Positions 1-9,258 of a DNA stretch of 64,000 nucleotides are shown here, one piece after another. The notes beneath the pieces are model-generated. The model saw nothing but the letters and a program-made list of their open reading frames with translations. It was not told where the DNA came from and searched no databases. Position 1 is the stretch's first letter, and every line of letters begins with the position of its first letter. Source of the DNA: a virus (Duplodnaviria; Heunggongvirae; Uroviricota; Caudoviricetes); the IMG/VR virus record IMGVR_UViG_3300025466_001444, one strand, 5' to 3'. The translations under genes and the position numbers were made by a program.

Positions 1-559
1 TAATTCCAGAAGCATAACTCAAAGAAGGTTCAATGTCAAGAACTTGTTTCTTAGAAAAGATACTTCTTTCTTCACCAATCCTCCAATATATTTCTTCACA
101 ACTTTTCTTTGCTGCTTCGAAATATTCTTCGTTTTTATAGAAATGAAGAATGCCTTTCTTTTTCAAATCAAATTGAATTTTCTCTTCTTCCACAATCCTA
201 TTATAAAGCCAACGAGCCTGTAAACCTATCTCTGCAGTCTTGATAGTATTTTCAACTGCATTTCCAGTAAATGATTGCATAATAAATTTAGCAATCCAAT
301 TGTACTTAGCAATGGAAGGAGAAGGATTCATAAGAAGCGGTGCATCTTTAGTAAATGCCCACTTCATACCTTTAATCAAATTAGGAACTGTAGTCCACAC
401 ATCACTATTACTAACTGATAACTGACCACCATTAGCATATGAAGTTTTCATAGCAGGATAGTTTTCTTCATCAATTACTGTAACATCAACGCCACGTTTC
501 GCTAGACTATATGCAGTCGTTATTCCTGTAATACCAGCACCAATAACAAGAACTTTCAT
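1..559 (-). CDS. FAD-dependent oxidoreductase (DadA/glycine oxidase-like), N-terminal part; truncated by window edge
   Basis: Reverse-complement of 559..1 reads MKVLVIGAGITGITTAYSLAKRGVDV... (GxGxxG Rossmann motif), with GAGG 8 nt upstream of the ATG. Absent from the ORF track because it runs off the window. Confidence 0.6.
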   Translation of the reverse strand, partial: MKVLVIGAGITGITTAYSLAKRGVDVTVIDEENYPAMKTSYANGGQLSVSNSDVWTTVPNLIKGMKWAFTKDAPLLMNPSPSIAKYNWIAKFIMQSFTGNAVENTIKTAEIGLQARWLYNRIVEEEKIQFDLKKKGILHFYKNEEYFEAAKKSCEEIYWRIGEERSIFSKKQVLDIEPSLSYASGI

Positions 560-578
560 ATTTTCCTCATGATTAAAA

Positions 579-652
579 TGGCACCAGTGGAAGGAGTCGA
601 ACCCTCGCCCTCAGTTTTGGAGACCGATGTGCTACCGTAACACTTCACTGAT
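579..652 (-). tRNA. tRNA-Trp (anticodon CCA), CCA encoded
   Basis: Cloverleaf found by hand. T-arm GAGGG-TTCGACT-CCTTC, anticodon loop CTCCAAA, acceptor ATCAGTG/CACTGGT. Confidence 0.55.
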
Positions 653-661
653 ATTAATTAT

Positions 662-1267
662 TTATATATTTTTTCTACCTTTAATCCAACCATCAGGTAT
701 ATGATTGTCGGATACTTTTTTATTATTAAATCCGTCCGTTATCCAATAACTACCATACTGTGAATTTGTTATTCCTATATTTTTAAATTTTCTAGAATCT
801 CTCATTTTTTGTTTTGTTTCTTCTGTATGTTTTTTTCCTAGAAAAGCTTTGTTATTTTTTTTAATAATTGATATTTTTTGTTTTGTTTCTTCTGTATGTT
901 TTTTTCCACCAAAAGTTCCTTGTGGATGTAATTTAGCCGCAGCTTTTCCACCTAAACTAGCTTGATTATGTAAATTACTTAAACCTGTTCGATTTATATA
1001 CCCAAACCCACCATGTCCACCATCACAAAGATTATAACTCATTTCATTTATAACAACAAGTTCTTTTTCTTTGTTCTTCATATCTTCTTCATTATCAAAC
1101 ACATGAAGTATTTCTTTGGTAAAATTTTCAATACTATATTTTTGTATAGCTTTTTTAATAAGCTTACCAGAACCCATATATCCGTCATCAAGATTTTTTG
1201 TCTGATGCATTCCAATATAGTATTTGTTATTAATATTGTTTGTAATTTTATAAACTGTATAAAACAA
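662..1267 (-). CDS. GIY-YIG homing endonuclease (seg-like) with NUMOD3 repeats; TTG start
   Basis: N-terminus YKITNNINNKYYIGMH...GYMGSGK is a GIY-YIG motif. C-terminal FLGKKHTEETKQKM repeats are NUMOD3-like. Confidence 0.8.
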   Translation of the reverse strand: MFYTVYKITNNINNKYYIGMHQTKNLDDGYMGSGKLIKKAIQKYSIENFTKEILHVFDNEEDMKNKEKELVVINEMSYNLCDGGHGGFGYINRTGLSNLHNQASLGGKAAAKLHPQGTFGGKKHTEETKQKISIIKKNNKAFLGKKHTEETKQKMRDSRKFKNIGITNSQYGSYWITDGFNNKKVSDNHIPDGWIKGRKNI

Positions 1268-1269
1268 TG

Positions 1270-1330
1270 CTGCCCCCGTTTGTATAATAGACTTATTTCT
1301 AATGCTATTTATACAAACGGGGCGCTTATG
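1270..1330. repeat. 61-bp element identical to 3011..3071, forming a 13-bp perfect stem hairpin immediately upstream of the endonuclease start
   Basis: tgcccccgtttgtataatagacttatttctaatgctatttatacaaacggggcgcttatg occurs twice. The stem ccccgtttgtata pairs with tatacaaacgggg, and the G-run 4-8 nt before the start codon lies inside the stem. Confidence 0.85.
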
Positions 1331-1418
1331 TGGAAAGTGTGGGATTCGAACCCACGGAACCAGTCAAGGTTCGCACATTTAGCAAACGTGTGCTTTAGAC
1401 CACTCAATTATTTTTCCG
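1331..1418 (-). tRNA. tRNA-like gene with long variable arm (type II-like); identity uncertain, possibly degenerate
   Basis: Clear T-arm GTGGG-TTCGAAT-CCCAC and a variable-arm hairpin GAACC/GGTTC. The acceptor and anticodon arms pair poorly, and CCA is not encoded. Confidence 0.4.
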
Positions 1419-2303
1419 TTTAAACAATTCACTCAAATATACACTAAGGCACATATCTACTAAATTATATCTACATTCTAAATAATCAGATTTTTCTAAA
1501 TTATTTGGTATCAACGATGAAATAGGATCGCCTATTCTTCCGTTAGTTTCAATAACTTTAAAATTTATACCAGTAACATCTTTCATTACTTCAATAACTT
1601 GACGGCATGAAGTTGCATAACCAGAACCAATACATTCATACTGTGTATTTTTTGGTTTGTCAATTGCTTTAACAATAGCTTCTGTCAAATCCAATATATG
1701 AATATAATCTCTTAAACATGTTCCATCTTTAGTATCATAATTAGTACCAAATAAATGCATATATGGTCTAGTACCTACCGCAGTTTCTGCAGCAATTCTA
1801 ATTAAGTGGGTTGCTTTACCAATTTGACCAAACGTTCCATTATTGCCAGCAACATTGAAGAATCGAAAGATTGTGTATTCTGTTTCTTTTTCTTTTGCAT
1901 GTTCTTTAATAATACTTTCTGCTATGAGTTTTGATTGAGCATAAGGGGAAGAAAATGGATCAAATGCAGCTGCAGTAGATGCAAAGATAAAATTATCTGT
2001 AGGTGCATATTTTAAGATATTTTTTACACCGATTAAATTTGTTTTAACTTGATCCCATGGTTTGTAAATAGATTCTGATACATCTATTAAACCAGCAAGA
2101 TGCACAACTGCATCATAACTTCCCAAATAATTATCAGTTCTAATATCACCAAAAATATTTTTTCTGACATATGGTAATATATCATTAGATGAGGGTTTAA
2201 TGTCAAGTGAATCGACTACATATCCACATTCGGCTAATCTCTTAATCGTATGTGAACCAATATAGCCATATCCACCTGTCACTAATACTTTTTTCATCAT
2301 CAA
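1404..2303 (-). CDS. NAD-dependent epimerase/dehydratase (UDP-glucose 4-epimerase GalE-like)
   Basis: N-terminal VLVTGGYGYIGSH Rossmann motif and a YAQSK catalytic YxxxK. 299 aa. Confidence 0.75.
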   Translation of the reverse strand: MMMKKVLVTGGYGYIGSHTIKRLAECGYVVDSLDIKPSSNDILPYVRKNIFGDIRTDNYLGSYDAVVHLAGLIDVSESIYKPWDQVKTNLIGVKNILKYAPTDNFIFASTAAAFDPFSSPYAQSKLIAESIIKEHAKEKETEYTIFRFFNVAGNNGTFGQIGKATHLIRIAAETAVGTRPYMHLFGTNYDTKDGTCLRDYIHILDLTEAIVKAIDKPKNTQYECIGSGYATSCRQVIEVMKDVTGINFKVIETNGRIGDPISSLIPNNLEKSDYLECRYNLVDMCLSVYLSELFKRKNN

Positions 2304-3007
2304 ACTTTTTTCATTTTTTGTTTTGCCTCTTCAGAATGTGTTTTTCCTAAAAAAGATGGCGGTGGTTTCATTAATCTACCTTTAATATAACCTAAAATAA
2401 TAAATTTGTCGAGTTCATCTTTATGAATTTTTTTATCTTCATTTCCATTAGTAATCCAACAAGTACCATATTGAGAATTTTTTGATCCTATTAAATTTTT
2501 AGATTTTTTAGAATTTCTCATTTTTTGTTTTGTCTCTTCAGAATGTTTTTTTCCTAAAAAAGATGGAGGAGGTTTCATTAACCCTTTTTCATGTCTTAAT
2601 TTTGTTTTCTCACTTAGTTTAATTTTTACGAAATCTATTTGCGAAGAATTTGATACTCCATATTTTTCTTTAAGTGCAATATTAGTAGCAATTCTACCTT
2701 TTAATACCCAATCTTTTTTTTCAGGTTGTTTATTGATATAACTAAATCCACCATGTCCACCATCACAAAGATTATAACTCATTTCATTTATGACAACAAG
2801 TTCTTTTTCTTTGTTCTTCATATCTTTTTCATTATCAAATATGTGAAGAATATCTTTGGTAAAGTTTTCAATACCATATTTTTTTATAGCTCTTTTAATA
2901 AGTTTACCAGAACCCATATATCCATCTTCTAAATTAGATGTTTTGTGCATTCCGATATAATATTTTTGATTTATATTATTTGTAATTTTATATATTGTAT
3001 AGAACAT
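2300..3007 (-). CDS. GIY-YIG homing endonuclease (paralog of 662..1267) with NUMOD3 repeats
   Basis: MFYTIYKITNNINQKYYIGMH...GYMGSGK motif. Repeated GKKHSEETKQKM and PPPSFLGK segments. Confidence 0.8.
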   Translation of the reverse strand: MFYTIYKITNNINQKYYIGMHKTSNLEDGYMGSGKLIKRAIKKYGIENFTKDILHIFDNEKDMKNKEKELVVINEMSYNLCDGGHGGFSYINKQPEKKDWVLKGRIATNIALKEKYGVSNSSQIDFVKIKLSEKTKLRHEKGLMKPPPSFLGKKHSEETKQKMRNSKKSKNLIGSKNSQYGTCWITNGNEDKKIHKDELDKFIILGYIKGRLMKPPPSFLGKTHSEEAKQKMKKV

Positions 3008-3010
3008 ATA

Positions 3011-3071
3011 CTGCCCCCGTTTGTATAATAGACTTATTTCTAATGCTATTTATACAAACGGGGCGCTTATG
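3011..3071. repeat. Second copy of the 61-bp hairpin element upstream of a GIY-YIG gene start
   Basis: Identical to 1270..1330. Ends 3 nt before the ATG at 3005..3007. Confidence 0.85.
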
Positions 3072-3143
3072 AGCGGATGACTGGATTCGAACCAGCGACC
3101 AACAGTTTGGAAGACTGTGACTCTACCCCTGAGTTACACCCGC
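3072..3143 (-). tRNA. tRNA-Gly (anticodon UCC), CCA not encoded
   Basis: Acceptor GCGGGTG/CATCCGC, D-arm ACTC-AGGGGTA-GAGT, anticodon loop CTTCCAA, T-arm GCTGG-TTCGAAT-CCAGT. Confidence 0.7.
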
Positions 3144-3160
3144 ATATTCATTATATAGTA

Positions 3161-4387
3161 TTACTTGTTGATACGAATAACTCCATCCTTATCAACCTTG
3201 TTTGCAAACTTTCCAGCATCTTCATTCTTGACGCCCTTAAGCTTCAAACCAGAAACAACTCCCTGATCTTTTTTTCCTTCATGAAGTCCAGCCTGTGCAT
3301 GACGATCAAATGTATTATCATCATTATCGCCACCAACAACAGGGAAACGCTTTCCAGTCTTCACATCTTCAACATGAGTTGGATGAGGTACATTCTTTCC
3401 ACGTTGATAAACCATTGCTACAACATGACCCTTGTGAAGTGCAGCTGCTGCTTCCTTATCATTTGACTCTTCATGGTTGGCACCAGTATGAGAAAGAGAA
3501 AGATGATAATTCTCAGGAAGATTAGGATGACCTACTCTGTTGTGCATTTTAGTATAATCATAAAACTGTGCAGTAGGATGACGCTTGAACAACTGTGGAG
3601 CATGTTTTTCCCATGCAATATCAGAAGTTACATTCAAACGAACGCCGGGCTTATAACCTGCTTTTGTTGCTGCCTTAACATGTCTACCAACTTCATGATC
3701 AAGAATACGAGCAGCATGTTCTGGATGTGCAGCAAGAAAATGTGTACGAAGAACTTTTGATGAAAGAGAATTATCAGGGTACTGTCTATTACCACCAGCT
3801 TCTGTTCCAAGACAATTCTTACGACATTCTTTAGAAGCTCTTGGGCATACGTCAAAATCCTTCAAACCATTAGTAGCATGAGGTGCAAGAGCAAGACCTT
3901 TAGTATGAACACCTTCACCAGTTGACTTCATTGTCTTGCCATTTTCACCTAGAAGTTCAGGACGAGTTTTGAACCCACGATCCTTGGCAAATTGATGCAA
4001 AACAGCATGTGATTCCTTAAGCTTTGCTTTGCTTTGGGCTGGTGTTTCTTTATCCATTTCACCAAAAGCTTTATGGAAACCTGCACCAATCTTCTTATGA
4101 AGATTTTCGTTTTCACCAAGACCTTCTTCCTTAGACTTGTTAATAATAGCACTTGTCTTAGGAAGATTCATTGACTTATGTGCAAGTTCGCCCGGCTTAT
4201 CACCACGATTAATGTCAAAAAGAGTTGCCTCATCTAGATCATTATCTTCATTAAGACCCTTCTTACTTTTTCCAGTGGGATCACATGGACCACTCAAATG
4301 AAAAAGAAAATCATGGAGAACTTTAGGTACACCCGGCAAGTCACTCTCTGACATTGATTCTGTAAGAAACGAACTAAATGATAGCAT
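3161..4387 (-). CDS. hypothetical His/Cys-rich protein (408 aa)
   Basis: Long ORF with many HP/HxxH motifs and conserved Cys. Local GC is noticeably higher than in neighbouring genes. Confidence 0.5.
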   Translation of the reverse strand: MLSFSSFLTESMSESDLPGVPKVLHDFLFHLSGPCDPTGKSKKGLNEDNDLDEATLFDINRGDKPGELAHKSMNLPKTSAIINKSKEEGLGENENLHKKIGAGFHKAFGEMDKETPAQSKAKLKESHAVLHQFAKDRGFKTRPELLGENGKTMKSTGEGVHTKGLALAPHATNGLKDFDVCPRASKECRKNCLGTEAGGNRQYPDNSLSSKVLRTHFLAAHPEHAARILDHEVGRHVKAATKAGYKPGVRLNVTSDIAWEKHAPQLFKRHPTAQFYDYTKMHNRVGHPNLPENYHLSLSHTGANHEESNDKEAAAALHKGHVVAMVYQRGKNVPHPTHVEDVKTGKRFPVVGGDNDDNTFDRHAQAGLHEGKKDQGVVSGLKLKGVKNEDAGKFANKVDKDGVIRINK

Positions 4388-4437
4388 GTGATAAATCCTT
4401 TGAAAAATAAATTAATATCATATATTTATACAAAATA

Positions 4438-4992
4438 TTATTTTGGGTTTCTTGCATGGAAAACAGGAGCTTGTTTAGTACCACCAATAACATTAACATC
4501 AGAAAATCTTTTCTTCAATTCATCATGAACATCTGTGTGCTTAAGATCAGACTTACGTGGACTCATTGGATAATTTCCAACAAATTGACCACCGGGAAGT
4601 GTTGCCTTATGAATTTGGTCAAGAGTTTTACCAAGCATTTCCTGTCCACTTTGAACATTAAGAACATTAGAAGCATAAACTGTGTGGTACTGTTTATCTA
4701 ATGCCTTGGGATCATGTATACCTTCTTTTTGGTTTGAACCAAACTCATGAGCAGTAACATTGAACCCCTTTTCACGCAATCCTTTTGCATGAACAGCATC
4801 TTTTCCAGCACCAAAATCTAAAATATGATCATTTTTAGCAGCAACAGTCTCTACATGACGAGGAACCAAAGCTTTTCCAGAAACAGCTCCACCAGACCTA
4901 GAAGTTTTGTTTGCAACAGAAACTTCATCATCATTGAACTTTTCATTCAACTTTTCGACAAATTCCCTGAAAGATACGATATTCTTAGACAT
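4438..4992 (-). CDS. small class I SAM-dependent methyltransferase
   Basis: ILDFGAGKD (motif I), followed by VTAHE and VYASNVLNV-like motifs. 184 aa. Confidence 0.55.
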   Translation of the reverse strand: MSKNIVSFREFVEKLNEKFNDDEVSVANKTSRSGGAVSGKALVPRHVETVAAKNDHILDFGAGKDAVHAKGLREKGFNVTAHEFGSNQKEGIHDPKALDKQYHTVYASNVLNVQSGQEMLGKTLDQIHKATLPGGQFVGNYPMSPRKSDLKHTDVHDELKKRFSDVNVIGGTKQAPVFHARNPK

Positions 4993-5027
4993 TGTTAGTA
5001 TATCCTTTTTTATAAGAAGTATTATAT

Positions 5028-5501
5028 TTATGCAACAAGCAATTCTTTCATACGATCAGCTGCAATCGAAGCAGCAAACGCATTAGGCTTGACCATTGGA
5101 ATGACATTACACATGCCCTTGATATATCCAATAGCTTCATTAAGAACACACGATGAACCATGCAATTCATCAGGATTGATGTCTAGATGAACTTCAACAT
5201 AACGATCTTCAAGAACTTCTGCCAATTGTAAATATAATTCTGCAACCTTATAAACTTCAGTCATCAAACGCATACGGGGACGATCTTTCCTTGCATTATC
5301 ATAATCCCGTTCACGGTGGACTGAACCAAAAACTTTACATCCATTATTGCCATTAATATGAACAACAACTGCTAGAGTGTAATCTGCATACCAAATTCCT
5401 TTAACATTAAGTTTTTCAGAATCAGCACCAATATAAATTTTTGTTTCTGGTGATTGATTCTTAATAAACTCAATAACATTTTCGATATTCATATTTTGCA
5501 T
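5028..5501 (-). CDS. hypothetical protein (157 aa); possibly RNase H-like fold
   Basis: ORF only. The fold assignment is a weak guess. Confidence 0.4.
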   Translation of the reverse strand: MQNMNIENVIEFIKNQSPETKIYIGADSEKLNVKGIWYADYTLAVVVHINGNNGCKVFGSVHRERDYDNARKDRPRMRLMTEVYKVAELYLQLAEVLEDRYVEVHLDINPDELHGSSCVLNEAIGYIKGMCNVIPMVKPNAFAASIAADRMKELLVA

Positions 5502-5663
5502 TTTACACCTCTATGTTAAGAGCTGAGACTCACGTACATATAAAAATAAGTAAGGAACTTATTCTATATATTTGTCTCAAATTTTGTCTGGCATTGCGAC
5601 TAGGGGTTACGGTAATTACGCACGACTTTATCACGTATCCTAGTATCCAGATCAAATTTTATT

Positions 5664-5879
5664 TTACTTCAAATAAGAATCCTTGACTATATCAAGATGA
5701 TCAAAATAGTATCCAGCTGCCTTTAAAAATGTTTCAAATTGACCAACCACAACACCAAGAGGAGCATCAGTACCATCAAATGATAATGTTGTTAATGAGT
5801 TTCTTGGATGATCAATCAAATCAACATTTTCGTGCTCTACAGTAAAATTATAAGTTACTTTATATGGATCGTTTTTCAT
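5664..5879 (-). CDS. hypothetical protein (71 aa)
   Basis: ORF sits in a gap, in the same orientation as its neighbours. Confidence 0.4.
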   Translation of the reverse strand: MKNDPYKVTYNFTVEHENVDLIDHPRNSLTTLSFDGTDAPLGVVVGQFETFLKAAGYYFDHLDIVKDSYLK

Positions 5880-5899
5880 AATATATCTCCTTGTTTTTT

Positions 5900-5973
5900 T
5901 GGTGCCCTTATCAAGAGTTGAACTCGATTCTCTGGGTTACAAAACCAGTGCATCACCGCTAATGCTTTAAGGG
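5900..5973 (-). tRNA. tRNA-Thr (anticodon UGU), CCA encoded; 31:39 mismatch
   Basis: Acceptor GCCCTTA/TAAGGGC, D-arm GCAT/ATGC, anticodon loop TTTGTAA, T-arm TCGAG-TTCAACT-CTTGA. Confidence 0.55.
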
Positions 5974-6497
5974 CTATTCTTTATTAACTTTATAACTAAC
6001 ACAACTCTAATATCATCAGCTTCTCTAGATATAGAGTCTGGTTTATGTGGTGTGCTTGCTTCATAAGAAACAATTCTACCTGCTTTATAAGATACAGATG
6101 CTATACAATCATCTCTTTCTTTATTATAAAAAGATGTTCCGCCATCCCATTCTATTTTCCAATTTGGATTAGTATAATATAATATAGTAAACTCTCCAAA
6201 ATCATTATGAAGAGGGCAATCATTACCAATACCACTACAATTTATATAAACAGAATTAAAAGTATATTCATCAGATATTTCTAAAGCATTTTTAATTTTT
6301 TGCCATGTATTATTAATACTTGGTAAAGTATGATATATATTTTTACTAGAATCATTTTTATTAAATATCGTACCAGTCCAAAATTTCCATTTTGGATTGC
6401 TTCTGGCACTCCAAATACAAGGAATAGATAAACATTCTCTATGCGTTCTTTCTATTTCTTCTTTAGTAAAGACATCATCTATAACTGTTATTGACAT
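5967..6497 (-). CDS. 2OG-Fe(II) oxygenase superfamily protein
   Basis: HNDFGE...H motif inside a jelly-roll-like C-terminal region. 176 aa. Confidence 0.5.
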   Translation of the reverse strand: MSITVIDDVFTKEEIERTHRECLSIPCIWSARSNPKWKFWTGTIFNKNDSSKNIYHTLPSINNTWQKIKNALEISDEYTFNSVYINCSGIGNDCPLHNDFGEFTILYYTNPNWKIEWDGGTSFYNKERDDCIASVSYKAGRIVSYEASTPHKPDSISREADDIRVVLVIKLIKNSP

Positions 6498-6569
6498 TTT
6501 TTACCTTCAAAAAACTGTGGGTTAACCGTAGACCCACACGAGTCTATTTATAGCGACCAACCTATATAA

Positions 6570-6645
6570 TGGCTTCCCCGGTTCGGCTCGAACGAACGAC
6601 CCTGTGATTAACAGTCACATGCTCTACCAACTGAGCTACAAGGAA
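6570..6645 (-). tRNA. tRNA-Asn (anticodon GUU), CCA encoded
   Basis: D-arm TAGCTCAGTTGGTAGAGCA, anticodon arm TGTGA-CTGTTAA-TCACA, T-arm GTTCG-TTCGAGC-CGAAC. Confidence 0.7.
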
Positions 6646-6655
6646 ATATTTTTAT

Positions 6656-6886
6656 TTACCTACAGACTACATGTTCTCTATAATTTCTATCCCATATTTT
6701 ATAACAATTACCGTAACGACGAGGTGGGATAGGAATATAACGCTCTTCAACATATACAGGAGTTGGTTGTGTCAATAAACTACCAACAACAACTCCAGCA
6801 GCACCAGCTGTCAAAACTTGTTGTTCTCTAACTGTACATCCAGCTAATGATACAGCAATAAGTGAAATAGTCAAGAGCTTAATCAT
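6656..6886 (-). CDS. small lipoprotein with glycine-zipper segment
   Basis: N-terminus MIKLLTISLIAVSLAGC carries a lipobox, followed by the glycine zipper AGAAGVVVGSL. Confidence 0.6.
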   Translation of the reverse strand: MIKLLTISLIAVSLAGCTVREQQVLTAGAAGVVVGSLLTQPTPVYVEERYIPIPPRRYGNCYKIWDRNYREHVVCR

Positions 6887-7080
6887 TATAGGTTTACCTT
6901 ATCTACGACTACAAGATCAAGGCCAATAGCACGAAGCCATGTATTGATGTTTTCCTTGATTTCTTCAATTGGTCGATTTTCCCAATTCATGTTAACACAA
7001 ACAATATCGTCATGTGTATTAGCATCACGAAGAGTATAGCCTACATTGTAGCTGTCTTTTGTCTTGTTTACCTTTGCCAT
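6886..7080 (-). CDS. hypothetical protein (64 aa)
   Basis: Start ATG overlaps the stop of the upstream gene (ATGA). Confidence 0.45.
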   Translation of the reverse strand: MAKVNKTKDSYNVGYTLRDANTHDDIVCVNMNWENRPIEEIKENINTWLRAIGLDLVVVDKVNL

Positions 7081-7094
7081 TTTAAAACTCCATT

Positions 7095-7661
7095 TTATTT
7101 ATTCAGTTTAATCTGAATAGTTTCACTTATAGGAACTTGACGAACATACTCGCCATCAGATTTACGATTTGCCCAAGGTTTCAAAGGATACTCTAAAATC
7201 TTGCGACTGTCAATAAGAACTGCTCTAGTACATTCTTTATTTAATTGAACATATGATATTTGATATTTAGGATGAAGATTGAAAGGAATTTTCTTTGTAA
7301 AACTTTCTTCCCGTCTCCATTGATGATCTTTGCGCTCAATACAATTAATTTCACGGAAAGGGAAATTTTTATCTCCTTGCCAATTTCCATGGCGAACTTC
7401 AATTTCCCAACAATGAACGACTTGTTCTTTATTATCTAAAGTTAAAAGATCAATACCATGAACATTAGGATTATCAATGGTGCGAAATTCTTCAAATTTT
7501 TTGTTGAGAAATTCTTTCATGGCATCACGCCCAAGTTGGTCATACTGAATGTGATCGGCACGATCAAATTTTTTGATGACCCCAATCATTCCACGCCGTT
7601 CTGCTTCACCCATTTGCACCTCCATTTTATCTTTTATATCACATGTCAAAGGTAATTGCAA
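7095..7661 (-). CDS. hypothetical protein (188 aa; start may be internal Met)
   Basis: ORF only. A possible D...EIEVR nuclease-like motif is a weak call. Confidence 0.45.
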   Translation of the reverse strand: MQLPLTCDIKDKMEVQMGEAERRGMIGVIKKFDRADHIQYDQLGRDAMKEFLNKKFEEFRTIDNPNVHGIDLLTLDNKEQVVHCWEIEVRHGNWQGDKNFPFREINCIERKDHQWRREESFTKKIPFNLHPKYQISYVQLNKECTRAVLIDSRKILEYPLKPWANRKSDGEYVRQVPISETIQIKLNK

Positions 7662-8470
7662 TACTCAAATGCGTTTTTAAATGACTCATTTTCCATTAAA
7701 TTAACTGCTTGTGTCATCAAATGGTTATATTCTGTCACATGTTCTTTATTTGTTAAAAGATAATGCAGTCCACGTTTTTTTTGTTTTTCAACCTCTGTTA
7801 CAAGTGGTCCAAATTGTCTAATTCTTTTATATGTAGAAGGATTCCACGGAGAATATTTGTATTTTAATGTAAAAATACTATCAGATTTTAATACGCCGGT
7901 ATTATCATTTATCATATGTCTTCCCGGTTGATAATTACCATTATGTTGATTATGGTAATATCTTCCATACAAAATATCATATTGATTATTTTGTAATCCA
8001 TTAATCAAATCTGTTGCAGTATAATTAGAAATCATACCATGATGTTTTTGTTCAAACAAAGTTTTATTATAATTAGGCAAAATTTCTGGTTCTAAATCAA
8101 CCATACACACGCCATATGTCTTAAGATATCTATAACCGGCAAGAGATGCATTTACATCTTCAAGAGACATAGGAGTAAAGAAAAATTCAGTTAATGTAAG
8201 AGCTATTTTAAATCCTTCTACGGATTGTTCATATTCTATAACTTCTCTATCTACTGATTCTGTTTCATAATATTGATTTTTGCTATCAACAATTAACCAA
8301 TTAGGAGGACAAAGTTCTTTACATATTTCAACAGAACGATCAGTCGAATGATAGTTTATCATTATACCGTTATCAAATAATTTTGAATGATGTTTAATCC
8401 ACCAAGGAAGAAAATATTCTTCATTATAAAAATGTGTGATAACTGTATTCATTAAACTAATCCTAGACAA
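7646..8470 (-). CDS. putative glycosyltransferase (GT-A/GT2- or GT92-like), tandem paralog 1
   Basis: THFYNEEYFLPWWIKHH...INYHSTDRS motif shared with the next two ORFs. Confidence 0.55.
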   Translation of the reverse strand: MSRISLMNTVITHFYNEEYFLPWWIKHHSKLFDNGIMINYHSTDRSVEICKELCPPNWLIVDSKNQYYETESVDREVIEYEQSVEGFKIALTLTEFFFTPMSLEDVNASLAGYRYLKTYGVCMVDLEPEILPNYNKTLFEQKHHGMISNYTATDLINGLQNNQYDILYGRYYHNQHNGNYQPGRHMINDNTGVLKSDSIFTLKYKYSPWNPSTYKRIRQFGPLVTEVEKQKKRGLHYLLTNKEHVTEYNHLMTQAVNLMENESFKNAFEYCNYL

Positions 8471-9258
8471 TAATCATATGCGTTCAAAAATGATGTATCT
8501 GATCTTAAATCATATGCCGTCATTAAAAAATGATTATATAATATTTGATGTTGAAGTTCTGGTTTTTTGTGTAAAGAAGAAATATCATTTGGCAATTTAG
8601 AACCAAACTGTTGTACTCGTTTTATTGTTGTTTCGTTCCATGGCGAATATTTATATTTTAAAGTAAATACATTTGATGCACCACATTCTGTTCCTTCTAA
8701 AATACGATGTCTACCAGTTCCATATTTTCCAAATGGTTGATTATGGTAATACCTGCCGTACATAACATTATATGGGTCCATTCCCCATGGAGAATTTGGA
8801 ATTGCATAACCAGAAATCATTCCATGACATTTTTGTACAAATAAAGGAGCAGCATGAGTTGGCAAATTATATGGATCAACATCAACCATACACACGCCCC
8901 ATAACTTAACATAATCAACATTTCTATATAAAAGAAATTTGTTAAGTTCGCTTAAAGGTTTTGGAGTCAATAAAAATTCTGTTGTTGTAAGAGTCAATTT
9001 AAACCCTTCTACGGAATTTTCATAATATTTAATTTCTTGATCCAAAGGGTCTGGGGAAAAATCATCATTAACTGTGTTAACAATTTTCCAATGTTTAGGA
9101 CAAAGTTCTTTACATATTTCAACAGAACGATCAGTCGAATGATAGTTTATCATTATACCGTTATCAAAAAGTTTTGAATGATGATCAATCCACCAAGGAA
9201 GAAGATATTCTTCATTGTGAAAATGGGTAAGAACTGTGTTCAAACTAAACTCATACAA
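8452..9258 (-). CDS. putative glycosyltransferase, tandem paralog 2
   Basis: Similar over its full length to paralogs 1 and 3. Confidence 0.55.
   Translation of the reverse strand: MYEFSLNTVLTHFHNEEYLLPWWIDHHSKLFDNGIMINYHSTDRSVEICKELCPKHWKIVNTVNDDFSPDPLDQEIKYYENSVEGFKLTLTTTEFLLTPKPLSELNKFLLYRNVDYVKLWGVCMVDVDPYNLPTHAAPLFVQKCHGMISGYAIPNSPWGMDPYNVMYGRYYHNQPFGKYGTGRHRILEGTECGASNVFTLKYKYSPWNETTIKRVQQFGSKLPNDISSLHKKPELQHQILYNHFLMTAYDLRSDTSFLNAYDYCLGLV

Noticed and set aside
240-425. 61-aa plus-strand ORF
   Set aside because: Antisense inside the partial FAD-oxidoreductase CDS.
1013-1423. 136-aa plus-strand ORF, with similar ones at 2726..2932 and 3077..3466
   Set aside because: Antisense to the GIY-YIG genes, tRNA and hairpin element. 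Ile/Phe-rich translation typical of an AT-rich shadow frame.
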